DNA of 64,000 bases from an uncultured delta proteobacterium (GTDB taxonomy: Bacteria; Myxococcota; Myxococcia; Myxococcales; Myxococcaceae). A program made the translations under genes and the position numbers. The notes beneath the pieces were generated by a model. That model had not been told where the DNA came from and made no database searches. It saw only the letters and a program-made list of their open reading frames with translations. The stretch spans positions 128,001 to 192,000 of the forward strand of contig CAVQKE010000003.1 in assembly GCA_963713045.1 (NCBI GenBank), written 5' to 3'. Shown here piece by piece: positions 37,189 to 46,465 of this stretch (position 1 is the stretch's first letter; every line of letters begins with the position of its first letter).

Positions 37189-39741
37189 TCAATTTCCAAA
37201 GGTGCCGAAGCCGGCGATGGTGAAGTCCACGTAAATCTGGGGGAAGGCATTGGGCAGTCCGGGCTGGGTCCGCACACCCAAAGTCAGCTGCCAGCAGTTA
37301 CAGGCCGGCCCGAAGAGGAGGGCCAACTGCTGCTGGCCAAAAAAGGCGTGTGTCCCCACCAGGGCTGAATTGACGGGGGTGGCCGTCGGCAGCAATGGCG
37401 GGGGGTTGGGGTACAGGACGCCGGAGTAGGTGAGGCCCAGCCCATAGGGAAAGTTCACCGTGCCAGTCAGCGTGATGTATTGCAGCAGCGAGCCTTGCAG
37501 GGCGGCGGCTGGAAGGGGCGAGCCCACCAGCGCGTCCAGACCCCGCCGCTGCGCGCTCGAGCCGCCCACCCACTGCTGGGCCTCGTCGGTCAGCGGGATT
37601 CCGTTTTGGTTTTGGTACAGGGTGCTGAGGTAGATGAAGTCGTACTCCGCGTGGAACGAATAGCGAGCCGGCGGCGTCCCCTTCACCGGGCTGACGGGCG
37701 GCTGAAACCCGGCGCCAATGCTGAAGAGTCCAGGTGCGTGACGCTGGTTGTCCCAGCGGAAGAGGGTCCCGGCGTTGAAGGCCCCGAGCGTGGTGCGGGC
37801 GGAGGCGACGCTGTCAGAAAGGCCGTTGGACGTGCTGGACAGGAATTCCTGGGCAACCTCCACCCGCAGCAACTCCAACTGCTGCGCGCCGGTTCGCCGC
37901 GTCAGCAATTCCGTAAATTTCACCACGCCCTGCAGGCGGTGGTTGGTGTCCACCGCCCAGTCAATGGCGTCGTACTTGTTGCTCGGTTGGGGGCCCGGGA
38001 CGGCGCCCCAGGCGCCGAGGATGTCGCGCACTTCCAAGCTGGGCTGAAGCGCATTCCTCAACGCCCCCTGGCCCTCGCCATAGCTGCGCGACAATTCGCT
38101 AAAGACCAAAAGGTCCACAATGCCATACCCGCGGTTGGCCACCGCCCCGCTTATCTCCTGCACGTACACGTCCTGGCGCACCCAGGCTGAGGGCTGAATG
38201 CGCAGCACCTCCCCGATGGGCACCGTCATCACCAGCCGGGGGACGACGTCCAGCCGGTCGCGCGCCTGCCTTTCATACGCCGGCTGGTAGATGCCGTCCC
38301 CCTGCAGCGGGTCCACCACGCCGGGGGGCGTACTGACCGCCGGCGCCACCGGCATGAAAAGGCCCCAGCGCCCTTCATCTCCAAACAGCTGCGTCAGCGG
38401 GGAGAGGCGGGTGTAGGACATGTCCAAGCTGCCGAAGAGGGGCGCCCACAACGGGCGCTGCGGAAAGGAAACTCCAATCTCCGGCAGCTGCTGAAAGGTG
38501 GCCGGCCCGCGCTCCGGGGCACCCGTCACCGGGTTGGTGTCCGTGCCGAAGAGCGAATAGCTGAAGGGGGGCTGCGTGTCCTGGCGGTAGCTGAGGGTCA
38601 GCCCCTCCCAGCTGTCGGCCGCGCGGTGGGACAGCTGAAACGTCGAGGTCAAGTACTGGTTGGCTTGGGACACCACGTCGGTGGCCAAGTCGCGCGGCAG
38701 CGCTTCGTCGGTGGCCAGGTTGAGGTCGAGCCGCGTCGTCCAGCCTGCGCCCAAGTAGCTGACAATCTGGCTGGTCAACTGCGCCCGCGGCCCGAACCAC
38801 TTTCCCCCAACGCCTCCCATATAGGCCAAGCCATTGCGTGGGTCTCGGGGCGGCAGCGTGTCGTCCACGATGTAGAGCTCGGCGGTGCCGTGGGTGTCCA
38901 CGCTGGGGGTGAAGCGAAACGTCGTGTCCAGCGAGAACCCCTTGGTGCCAACGTTGGGACTGACTCCGCCGGTGGTGTAGCCGAGGTCGGTTTCGATGTC
39001 GGCGCTGCGCCCCAGCGTCACGTACACCGGAATCGGGATGTACCACCCGGTCCAGGCCGAATAGTTGGGGAGAATGGGCAATAGCCCCGTCTTCCGGTCG
39101 CTCAACGGCACGTACAAGACGGGCAGCGGCAGCACCGGGGCACCGTAGACGTTGATGATGGCCCACCACATCCAGGCGCCTTCGCCGAGCACCACGTCGG
39201 CGTAGGCGCTTTGGATGCTCCAGTGCGGGTGTAGCGCATCGCGCGGCTCGCAGTCGCAGGGCGTGAAGGTGAGGTTGTTGATGTGGAGGTGACCGCCTTC
39301 CGCTCGCTGGATGCGGTCCGCGGTACCGGCCAAGGCCGTCTGCCCCAGCCCCTGCAACTCGGTCGCGCTCTGCGCCGCCAGCAGCCGGTCGAGCGTCACC
39401 TTCTTCTTCTCGAAGAAGTGTCCCTGCTGCAGCTGGAGCGTTCCGGTGCTCAAATCCAGGGTGAGCTGGTGGGCCACCGCGCCGAGGTCGCCCGAGACGC
39501 AGAAGGCGTTGCCGGTGGCGGTGAGGGTATTGGTGTCCTGGTCGAGCAAGACGGTGTCGGCCTGCACCATGGTCCCGGTGGTGCGCAGCCGGGCATGGCC
39601 GGTCAGTGTCACGTGCTGGGCGTCCGCGTCGGACTGCATTTGGTCCGCCTGGACGTGGATGGGCTCATTGGGGGCGGGAGGCGCCAGCGAAGACAGGCCG
39701 GACTGCCCAAGCACGAGCAACGCGGCCAGGGCGGAAGCCAT
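37189..39741 (-). CDS. lptD: LPS-assembly outer membrane protein LptD-like
   Basis: Signal peptide, OstA-like IHVQADQM, FTPCDC, YVPLSDRKTGLL, beta-rich body, C-terminal CNCW. Confidence 0.8.
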   Translation of the reverse strand: MASALAALLVLGQSGLSSLAPPAPNEPIHVQADQMQSDADAQHVTLTGHARLRTTGTMVQADTVLLDQDTNTLTATGNAFCVSGDLGAVAHQLTLDLSTGTLQLQQGHFFEKKKVTLDRLLAAQSATELQGLGQTALAGTADRIQRAEGGHLHINNLTFTPCDCEPRDALHPHWSIQSAYADVVLGEGAWMWWAIINVYGAPVLPLPVLYVPLSDRKTGLLPILPNYSAWTGWYIPIPVYVTLGRSADIETDLGYTTGGVSPNVGTKGFSLDTTFRFTPSVDTHGTAELYIVDDTLPPRDPRNGLAYMGGVGGKWFGPRAQLTSQIVSYLGAGWTTRLDLNLATDEALPRDLATDVVSQANQYLTSTFQLSHRAADSWEGLTLSYRQDTQPPFSYSLFGTDTNPVTGAPERGPATFQQLPEIGVSFPQRPLWAPLFGSLDMSYTRLSPLTQLFGDEGRWGLFMPVAPAVSTPPGVVDPLQGDGIYQPAYERQARDRLDVVPRLVMTVPIGEVLRIQPSAWVRQDVYVQEISGAVANRGYGIVDLLVFSELSRSYGEGQGALRNALQPSLEVRDILGAWGAVPGPQPSNKYDAIDWAVDTNHRLQGVVKFTELLTRRTGAQQLELLRVEVAQEFLSSTSNGLSDSVASARTTLGAFNAGTLFRWDNQRHAPGLFSIGAGFQPPVSPVKGTPPARYSFHAEYDFIYLSTLYQNQNGIPLTDEAQQWVGGSSAQRRGLDALVGSPLPAAALQGSLLQYITLTGTVNFPYGLGLTYSGVLYPNPPPLLPTATPVNSALVGTHAFFGQQQLALLFGPACNCWQLTLGVRTQPGLPNAFPQIYVDFTIAGFGTFGN

Positions 39742-39765
39742 GCGGGCGAGAAGTCCCGGGGCCCC

Positions 39766-41355
39766 CTAGGGGGCCCGGAACTGCACCGAGACCTCGTTAC
39801 CGTCCTGATGCGTCTCGTACGCCACGGCGTCGCGCAGGGTGATGGCCACCCGCACCGTATTGTTGGGCCCGCGCCCGGGCTGGATGCGCAGCACCGGGCC
39901 TGCGAAGTAGGCGGTGTCCAGCATCCGGGTGTTGTTGTGCACCGGGATGCCGGTGTTGCTCAACTGAATGACGACGGTGTTTTTGCCGTCGAGGCTGACC
40001 GAATAGCGCACCGGACCGCTGGTGCGCACGTAGACGCGGGACACCTTGCCGTCGAAGCCAACCAGCGTCAGCGCCTTGCGTTTGGAGTCCACCTCGGTGC
40101 CCCCGGAGGCACTCCCACCCTCGGGCGCGGCCAGCGTCGGTGCGGGCGTCGGCGCCGGCGCCGGTGCCGCGGCGGCCGCCAACAATTCCTGCTTGCGCTC
40201 GCGTTCCGCTGCCTGCGCCAATTGGGCCTGATGCCGCTCTTCCAGGGCAGCAGCGCTGGCCGCCTGCTGCCGGCGCTTTTCCTCGGCTGCGGCGGCCGTC
40301 GCGGCCGCCTGCTGCTGGCGCTCGCGCTCCGCCGCCGCTGCAGCCAGGGCGGCCTCTCGTTTGCGACTCTCCTCAGCGGCCGCCGCGGCCGCTTCGTCCT
40401 GTTGCTTCTGTCGGGCACTGGCGGCCGCAGCAGCCTCCTGTTGCCGCCGCGCCTCCTCGGCGGCGGCGGCGGCGGCCGCCGCCTGGCGCCGCTGCTCCTC
40501 CGCCGCTGCGGCCGCTGCTGCTTCCTGCCGCCGGCGCTGTTCCGCGGCTGCTTGGGCGGCGGCTGCCTCCTCCAAACGCTGCTTTTCCGCGGCCGCGGCG
40601 GCGGCTGCTGCCGCGTCCTGACGGCGCTTTTCATCCGCTGCCGCTGCGGCCGCGGCGGCCTGTTGCCGCTGCTTTTCCTCCGCAGCCGCTGCGTCCTGAC
40701 GGCGCTGGGCCTCGGCTGCGGCCGCGGCGTCCTGACGCCGCTTCTCCGCAGCGGCCGCCGCAGCTACCGCTGCGGCGTCCGGGGCTGGCTGGTCGGCAGC
40801 CGCGGCAGTGGCCGCCGGCGGCGCCTGCTGTACGGCGGCAGGACTGGCGGCTTGGGGCGCAGCCGGTGGCGCTGTCAGGGGCGGGCTTGCGCCGTCGTTG
40901 GCAACTTTCACTGCAGGACGGGCCGAGGACGGGGCAACCGGGGCAGCGGACGCCACCAGGGGACTGGTGGGCGCCGGGGTGGCACGCACCACCAGTCGGT
41001 TTCCAACGCTTTGGATGTCCGGCTCCACCTCGCGGTCAAAGCCAATCACCACCCGCGCGATGGCCGAGGCGTCATTGCCATAGCTGGCCGTCCGAATGGC
41101 CACCACATGCCCGGAGGCGACGTCCATCGTCTCCGGCACACCGCTGAAGACGGCCTCGGAAATGTCCACCACCAGCCGCGGTGGGTCGGTCATCGGGAAG
41201 GTGCTGAAGCTGGGTTTCTGCGTCCCGGTAATCTCCACCGCCCCGGCCTTCACTTCCACCCGGGTAATGGTATTCAGCGCCGCCGGGCTTTGGGCCGTAG
41301 CCGACGCGGACAGCGCCACGCCGAGCAAAAGCCAGCTGCCAGCCGGGGGTGTCAC
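39766..41355 (-). CDS. Exported protein: N-terminal AMIN domain, Ala/charged helical repeat, C-terminal AMIN-like domain
   Basis: Signal peptide; FSTFPMTDPPRLVVDI and ARVVI (AMIN); C-terminal LDTAYFAGPV..VRVAITL. Confidence 0.8.
   Translation of the reverse strand: MTPPAGSWLLLGVALSASATAQSPAALNTITRVEVKAGAVEITGTQKPSFSTFPMTDPPRLVVDISEAVFSGVPETMDVASGHVVAIRTASYGNDASAIARVVIGFDREVEPDIQSVGNRLVVRATPAPTSPLVASAAPVAPSSARPAVKVANDGASPPLTAPPAAPQAASPAAVQQAPPAATAAAADQPAPDAAAVAAAAAAEKRRQDAAAAAEAQRRQDAAAAEEKQRQQAAAAAAAADEKRRQDAAAAAAAAAEKQRLEEAAAAQAAAEQRRRQEAAAAAAAEEQRRQAAAAAAAAEEARRQQEAAAAASARQKQQDEAAAAAAEESRKREAALAAAAAERERQQQAAATAAAAEEKRRQQAASAAALEERHQAQLAQAAERERKQELLAAAAAPAPAPTPAPTLAAPEGGSASGGTEVDSKRKALTLVGFDGKVSRVYVRTSGPVRYSVSLDGKNTVVIQLSNTGIPVHNNTRMLDTAYFAGPVLRIQPGRGPNNTVRVAITLRDAVAYETHQDGNEVSVQFRAP
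40190..40770 (-). repeat. Intragenic degenerate repeat (poly-Ala + E/K/R/Q block), about 14 units
   Basis: Units such as AAAAAAEKRRQD, AAAAEEKQRQQ, AAAAAAEESRKRE. Confidence 0.85.
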
Positions 41356-41420
41356 AGTCCTCGAATGCTACCCTCCACCCCCGGGTCCTCCAAGGAAGGA
41401 GCCCCCCGGCAAGCAGGCAG

Positions 41421-42692
41421 TCAGGACAGGCGAGGCAGCACCGGTGGTTTGTGCCGGTGTGTGACGGCGTACTCCACCAGGTTTTTGATGTCGTAGCAGA
41501 TTTGGCGGATGTCGTGCCCCATCGTCAACTCAATGTGGCTGTTGCCCTTCACCGGACGCCACAGAAGGTAGTCACTCTTGGCGGCGCGGTAGACGCTACG
41601 GGTGGAGTCCACCGAGGCCAATGGGTCCATGTCCCCGAAGATGATGGCCATCGGCACGGCAATGTTGGCAAACCCCTGCTTGAAGTCATACCCGCTGCGG
41701 TAGCACTTCAGCTCGCGTCCTCGAATCCACCGCGCAAACTGCTCAATCACCTTGCGTGGCTCGCGCTCGCCGCCCTCTCGCAGCAGCCATCGCAAGTCCG
41801 CTCCACTGGCACGCGAGGGGTTGGACAGCCAATTCACCCGTCTGGCCAGCGCGTCGTACAGCGGGTGCACTTCGGCGCGGGCGATGAGGCGCTCCAGCGT
41901 CTTCAGCCAGTCGTCCATCGGGACGTAGTTGAATTGCACCTCGGCCGGCGCGGGGCCTGGGTCCTGCAGCCGCTTGGCCACGGGAAGCCTGACGGCGCCC
42001 AGCGCCCCGGCCGCCAGTCGGCGGAGCCCGTGCACGGCCCGCCGCTCGGCGTTGACGGCGCCGAAGGCGAAGTCCACCACCGGGCCGAAGAGGGGCCCGG
42101 AGGCTGCCAGGGCCCTCAGCAGGGGAAAGCCGCGTCCGAGGTCCGCCGGGGCGCCAATGGTGACCATCCCCTCGAAATCCGCGTGCAGCCCGGCGTGCCC
42201 GTAGCCGAGGATGCCCCCCATGGAGTGGCCAATGTAGAAGACGCGCGCGCGCCCGGTGGCGGCCTTCACCGCGGCAATGCCGGCCGGCAAGTCGTGCAGG
42301 AAGTAGCTGTCAATGTCCCAGCCGTAGTCCAGGTCCTCGGGCGGGGGGACGCCGGCCGCTTCGGCGCGGGCGCGCTGCAGTTCCAGGCTGCTTTTGCCAT
42401 GCCCACGCAACTCGAGGATGTGGATGTCGGCCCCGAAGAAGAGGAGGTTTTTGACGAATTCCCCGCTCGTCCACGCGTGCCGGTTTTGGGAAAAGCCATG
42501 CACCAACAGCAGTGGCTCGCCGAAAAGCGGCTGGGGAAAGCCCTGGGGGACTGGCTGGTAGCGCGTCACCACCAACGTCCAGCCGTCTGGGGTTTGCGCC
42601 TCGTAGTCGCTCTTGCGGTAGAGCTCCCGAAACGCCACCTCATCCACTGAGGGGGGGTGCGGCGAGCCCGCTCGGGCATTCGGCAGGCGCAT
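41421..42692 (-). CDS. Alpha/beta hydrolase (lipase/PHA-synthase-like)
   Basis: LLVHGFSQN, HDLPAGI, nucleophile elbow GHSMGG, GDMDPL, SHIEL. Confidence 0.88.
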   Translation of the reverse strand: MRLPNARAGSPHPPSVDEVAFRELYRKSDYEAQTPDGWTLVVTRYQPVPQGFPQPLFGEPLLLVHGFSQNRHAWTSGEFVKNLLFFGADIHILELRGHGKSSLELQRARAEAAGVPPPEDLDYGWDIDSYFLHDLPAGIAAVKAATGRARVFYIGHSMGGILGYGHAGLHADFEGMVTIGAPADLGRGFPLLRALAASGPLFGPVVDFAFGAVNAERRAVHGLRRLAAGALGAVRLPVAKRLQDPGPAPAEVQFNYVPMDDWLKTLERLIARAEVHPLYDALARRVNWLSNPSRASGADLRWLLREGGEREPRKVIEQFARWIRGRELKCYRSGYDFKQGFANIAVPMAIIFGDMDPLASVDSTRSVYRAAKSDYLLWRPVKGNSHIELTMGHDIRQICYDIKNLVEYAVTHRHKPPVLPRLS

Positions 42693-42750
42693 GTAACCGT
42701 CCAATGTATTGGGGCTGCCGCGGCGCGCCAAGCATTGCGTGCGGGTTCCT

Positions 42751-44082
42751 TCAACCCTCCGTGCTTGCGGGCGTTTGGCGTGCCGCCAGGTAAGCCTTCA
42801 CCGCACCCACCAGGTAGAGGGACCCGGCGATGAGGAGAATGTCGTCCGCTGCCGCGCCGGCCTCTGCTGTGGCCAGCGCCTTCTCCGCGGAGGCCTCCAC
42901 CCGCACCAGCGGGCAGAGGCGCTGCGCTTCGGTGAGGTAGGCGCTCGGCGGAAGCCCGCGCGGCGTCTCCAGCGGCGTCAAGGTGACGGAGGCCATGCGG
43001 GGCAGCAGGGCGGCCAGCATCGGCACCACCTCCTTGTCCTTCACCACGCCGAAGACGAGGTGGACGCGGCGGCCGGCGTACTGCGTGTCCAGCGCTTCGC
43101 GCAGCACCTGGGCGCCCGCGGGGTTGTGGGCGCCGTCCAACAGAAGCAGCGGAGCGCCGGGCACCTCCTCCAGGCGGCCCGGCCAGCGCACCTCGCGCAA
43201 GCCCTGAAGTCTCGCCGCCTCTGGGATGACTGCCCCGGCATCCCCCAATTCATCCACCAGCGCCAGAGCGAGCGCCGCATTCTGCTGCTGGTGCCGGCCG
43301 GCCAGTCCGAGGCGAATGCCCACAAGGCGCCGCGGGCCATGGCGGTACACCAGGCTGCCGCCGCCGTCCTCCTCCACGGCGAAGTCGATGCCTTCTTGGA
43401 CCAGGGGAGCCCCCACCCGGGTGGCCTCGCTGCGCAGCCGCTGCGCGGCCTCTTCCGGCTGGCGGGCCACCACCGCCGGCACCCCGGCGCGGAAGATGCC
43501 CGCCTTCTCCGTGGCAATGGCCGACAGGGTGTCCCCCAATAGCTCGGTGTGGTCGAGGCCCAGCGCCGTGACGGCAGTGACACGCGAGACGCAGGTGGCG
43601 GTGGCGTCCAGGCGCCCGCCCAGCCCAGTCTCCAGCACGGCGAAGTCCACGCCCTCCTCGGCAAAGTGCCAGAAGGCCGCCAGGGTGCCCAACTCAAAGT
43701 AGGTCAGCGTGGCGGCCGTCGGCGCGCGTTGAAGGACGTCCAGCAGCCGTCGGCCCAGCGCCGGGTCGTCAATTTCTGCGCCTTGCAGGCGGATGCGCTC
43801 GTTGAAGCGAATGAGGTGCGGCGAGGTGTACAGCCCCACCCGGTAGCCAGCCGCCCGCAGCACCGCGTCCACCATGGCGCAGGTGCTGCCCTTGCCGTTG
43901 GTGCCGGCCACATGGACCGCCGGGATGCGCGCCTCCGGATGGCCCAGCTCGGCCAGGGCGGCGCGCATGCGCTCCAGCCCCAGCACCACCGTCGAGGGGG
44001 AGCGGCTGTGGAGAAAGGCTAAGGCCTCTTCAGGCGTGGACGGCACAGGGAAAAGCCCGGGGGCATGGGCCTTCTGGGTCAA
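42751..44082 (-). CDS. folC: Folylpolyglutamate synthase/dihydrofolate synthase
   Basis: HVAGTNGKGS, YTSPHL, ETGLGGRLDAT, WPGRLE, DGAHNP, AGSLYLVG. Confidence 0.96.
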   Translation of the reverse strand: MTQKAHAPGLFPVPSTPEEALAFLHSRSPSTVVLGLERMRAALAELGHPEARIPAVHVAGTNGKGSTCAMVDAVLRAAGYRVGLYTSPHLIRFNERIRLQGAEIDDPALGRRLLDVLQRAPTAATLTYFELGTLAAFWHFAEEGVDFAVLETGLGGRLDATATCVSRVTAVTALGLDHTELLGDTLSAIATEKAGIFRAGVPAVVARQPEEAAQRLRSEATRVGAPLVQEGIDFAVEEDGGGSLVYRHGPRRLVGIRLGLAGRHQQQNAALALALVDELGDAGAVIPEAARLQGLREVRWPGRLEEVPGAPLLLLDGAHNPAGAQVLREALDTQYAGRRVHLVFGVVKDKEVVPMLAALLPRMASVTLTPLETPRGLPPSAYLTEAQRLCPLVRVEASAEKALATAEAGAAADDILLIAGSLYLVGAVKAYLAARQTPASTEG

Positions 44083-44942
44083 TCCATCAGCGAAAGCAGT
44101 GCGCCGAGGCGGGTCCGCAACTCTCTGCGCGGGACAATGGCATCCACCATCCCGTGCTCCAACAGGAATTCACTGCGCTGAAAGCCCTCGGGAAGCTTCT
44201 GTCGGATGGTTTGCTCGATGACGCGTGGCCCGGCAAAGCCGACCAGCGCCTTCGGCTCGGCCAGCACCACGTCGCCCAGCCAGGCGAAGCTGGCGGCCAC
44301 GCCGCCGGTGGTGGGGTGCAGCATGACGGAGATGTAGGGCTTGCGGACGCTGCGAAAGCGGGCCAGCGCGGCCGATGTCTTTGCCATCTGCATCAACGAG
44401 AAAATCCCCTCCTGCATCCTTGCGCCGCCCGACGCGTTGAAGATGAGCGCCGCGCAGCGGTGTTGAAGGGCCCTTTCAAAGACGCGGGTGACTTTCTCAC
44501 CCACCACCGAGCCCATTGAGCCGCCCATGAATTCGAAGACGAAGGCGCCCACCGAGACACGGTGGCCTTCCAGTCGGCCCATTCCGGAGACGAAGGCGTC
44601 CGTCTCCCCCAGCGCGCGGCAGGTGGTCCGCAGCCGGTCCTTGTAGCGCTTGCTGTCCGAGAAGCCCAAGGGGTCCTCGGCCACAAGCTCGGTGTCCATT
44701 TCCTCGAAGCTTCCCGGGTCGAGCAGCGTCTGCAGCCGCACTCGTGCCGGCCAGGGCAAGTGGTGTCCGCACAACGGACAGACGTTCCAGTTCCGCTCGA
44801 TTTCCTGGCGGTAAATAATCTCGTTACAGGCGTCGCACTTGGTCCACAGGCCCTGCATGCGGGAGGGCTGCTGGCGCAGCGCCTCGACGTCCGCCGGCTC
44901 GACCGGGGCAATGCGCGGCTTCTTCGAGAACCAGGCGGCCAT
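44079..44942 (-). CDS. accD: Acetyl-CoA carboxylase carboxyltransferase beta subunit
   Basis: LWTKCxxC..CxxC, GGSMGSVVGEK, GGARMQEG, GFAGPRVIEQT. Confidence 0.97.
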   Translation of the reverse strand: MAAWFSKKPRIAPVEPADVEALRQQPSRMQGLWTKCDACNEIIYRQEIERNWNVCPLCGHHLPWPARVRLQTLLDPGSFEEMDTELVAEDPLGFSDSKRYKDRLRTTCRALGETDAFVSGMGRLEGHRVSVGAFVFEFMGGSMGSVVGEKVTRVFERALQHRCAALIFNASGGARMQEGIFSLMQMAKTSAALARFRSVRKPYISVMLHPTTGGVAASFAWLGDVVLAEPKALVGFAGPRVIEQTIRQKLPEGFQRSEFLLEHGMVDAIVPRRELRTRLGALLSLMD

Positions 44943-44955
44943 GGGGCCCCTGTGC

Positions 44956-45711
44956 CTATAACTCGAAGCTGTCTCCCAGCTCCAGCACCCTCACCGGGAG
45001 GTCCGCCAGTTCCCGTTTGAGTGCCGTCACAAAGGCCGGCTTCAGGTGGTAGAGCAGCACGCTCGAGCCATTGCGCTGAAACTTGGCCAACTCGGTGCGC
45101 AGCGTGCGCGGGGTGAGATGTCCGGAGAGGTCCGCCAGCGCCTGCATCTCGCTGGGAAAGCTGGTTTCGAGCAGCAGCGCCTTGAGGTTGGGGGTGGCGT
45201 TGAGGACTTCCCACAGCCGGTCGGTCGGCCCGGTGTCACCGCTGATGCCGAGGGCGGTGTCCCCGTGACGCACCACGAAGCCGCAGCTCTCCACCGGGTG
45301 ACTGACCAGGACGCTGCTGACTTGGTACGGGCCGGCCTGGAACGTCTCGCCCGCCCGGAAGGCTCGCAATTCGAGAACCGGGTTTTTCGGCGAGGGGATG
45401 CCGGTGAAGTCCGGCCAGAGGGCGTCGTTGAAGATGTTTTTCTGCAGCGTCTTGACGCACGCCCGGCTGGCCCACACCGTCACCGGGCGTTCTCGCCGGC
45501 CCACCATCAAGTCCGCCAGCAGCGGCAGGTCCTTGACGTGGTCGAAGTGGCTGTGGGTGAGAATGATGTGGTCGACGCGGGCCAGCGCGTCGAGTTCCAA
45601 GCTGGCGCACAACGCGCCGGCGTCGAGCGCCAGCACCCCATCCACCAGAAAGCAGGTGGTGCGGCAGTCGGGCAATTCGCCGCCGTGGCAGCCGAGGACG
45701 GAGAGCTTCAC
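44956..45711 (-). CDS. Class II (MBL-fold) 3',5'-cyclic nucleotide phosphodiesterase
   Basis: VLGCHGG, LDAG, THSHFDHV, IFNDALWPDF, SGDTGPT, ETSFP, YHLKP. Confidence 0.88.
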   Translation of the reverse strand: MKLSVLGCHGGELPDCRTTCFLVDGVLALDAGALCASLELDALARVDHIILTHSHFDHVKDLPLLADLMVGRRERPVTVWASRACVKTLQKNIFNDALWPDFTGIPSPKNPVLELRAFRAGETFQAGPYQVSSVLVSHPVESCGFVVRHGDTALGISGDTGPTDRLWEVLNATPNLKALLLETSFPSEMQALADLSGHLTPRTLRTELAKFQRNGSSVLLYHLKPAFVTALKRELADLPVRVLELGDSFEL

Positions 45712-45715
45712 AGGG

Positions 45716-46366
45716 TTAGAGTTCTCCGAATTTCCAGCGCATTTCCAAATAGGACAGGTATTCGTCAAGCCGGGCGGTGTCACGCACCGTCAGGCGGTCC
45801 CCACTGCGCTCCACCATTCCCAGCCGTTCCAGTCGCTCGAGCATGCTTTGCACGCCGGGCTCGCCGACGCCGGTGAGCCCGGGCAATTCGCGGAGTTCGA
45901 GGTCAATCTCAACGCCCTCCTCGGCCGCCCGGCCCCGCGTCTGACAGGCGCTGAGCAGGTGGTGCACCACGCGGCTGCCGGGGTCGGCCAACAGCAGCGT
46001 CTCAATCTGCGCGTCGGCGTCGGCCAGACGTTCGGCCAGCTTCTTAATCATCCGCACCGCAATTTCCGAGTTGCCGCGAATCATCCCTTCGAATGTCTTC
46101 GGGTCAATCACCAGCAGCCGGGCCGCCTCCGCCACCGTGGCGGAGGCGTTGCGCGGCTTGTTGGAGATGAGCGCCATCTCTCCGAAAAACTCGCCCGGGC
46201 CGAGGACGGCCAGCGTCTTCTGTTCGTCCCGCACCTTCTTGGTGATGACGACGCGGCCGGACTGCAACACGTACATCTCCTTTCCGCTCTCTCCCTCGCG
46301 GAAGAGGACGGTGGACTTGGGAAATTCCTTTCCGAAGCGCTGAAAGAGGGGGTCCTCGGCGCTCAT
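45716..46366 (-). CDS. Crp/Fnr family cyclic-nucleotide-binding regulator
   Basis: LFREGE, phosphate-binding cassette GEFFGEMAL..PRNASA, C-terminal winged HTH. Confidence 0.92.
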   Translation of the reverse strand: MSAEDPLFQRFGKEFPKSTVLFREGESGKEMYVLQSGRVVITKKVRDEQKTLAVLGPGEFFGEMALISNKPRNASATVAEAARLLVIDPKTFEGMIRGNSEIAVRMIKKLAERLADADAQIETLLLADPGSRVVHHLLSACQTRGRAAEEGVEIDLELRELPGLTGVGEPGVQSMLERLERLGMVERSGDRLTVRDTARLDEYLSYLEMRWKFGEL

Positions 46367-46465
46367 GAAGCCAGTCGATTCAGGGTGGAGGAGAGTATTT
46401 CGGCGGAGGCATGTCCGGTCAAAGAAGGCGCCTGCCCAAGCTGGCACCGCTTCGGCCGGATTGCC

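Noticed and set aside
40190..40770. CRISPR-like or non-coding repeat array
   Set aside because: The repeats are in-frame, degenerate and peptide-level, with no constant repeat-spacer structure; no CRISPR array or cas gene was seen in the window
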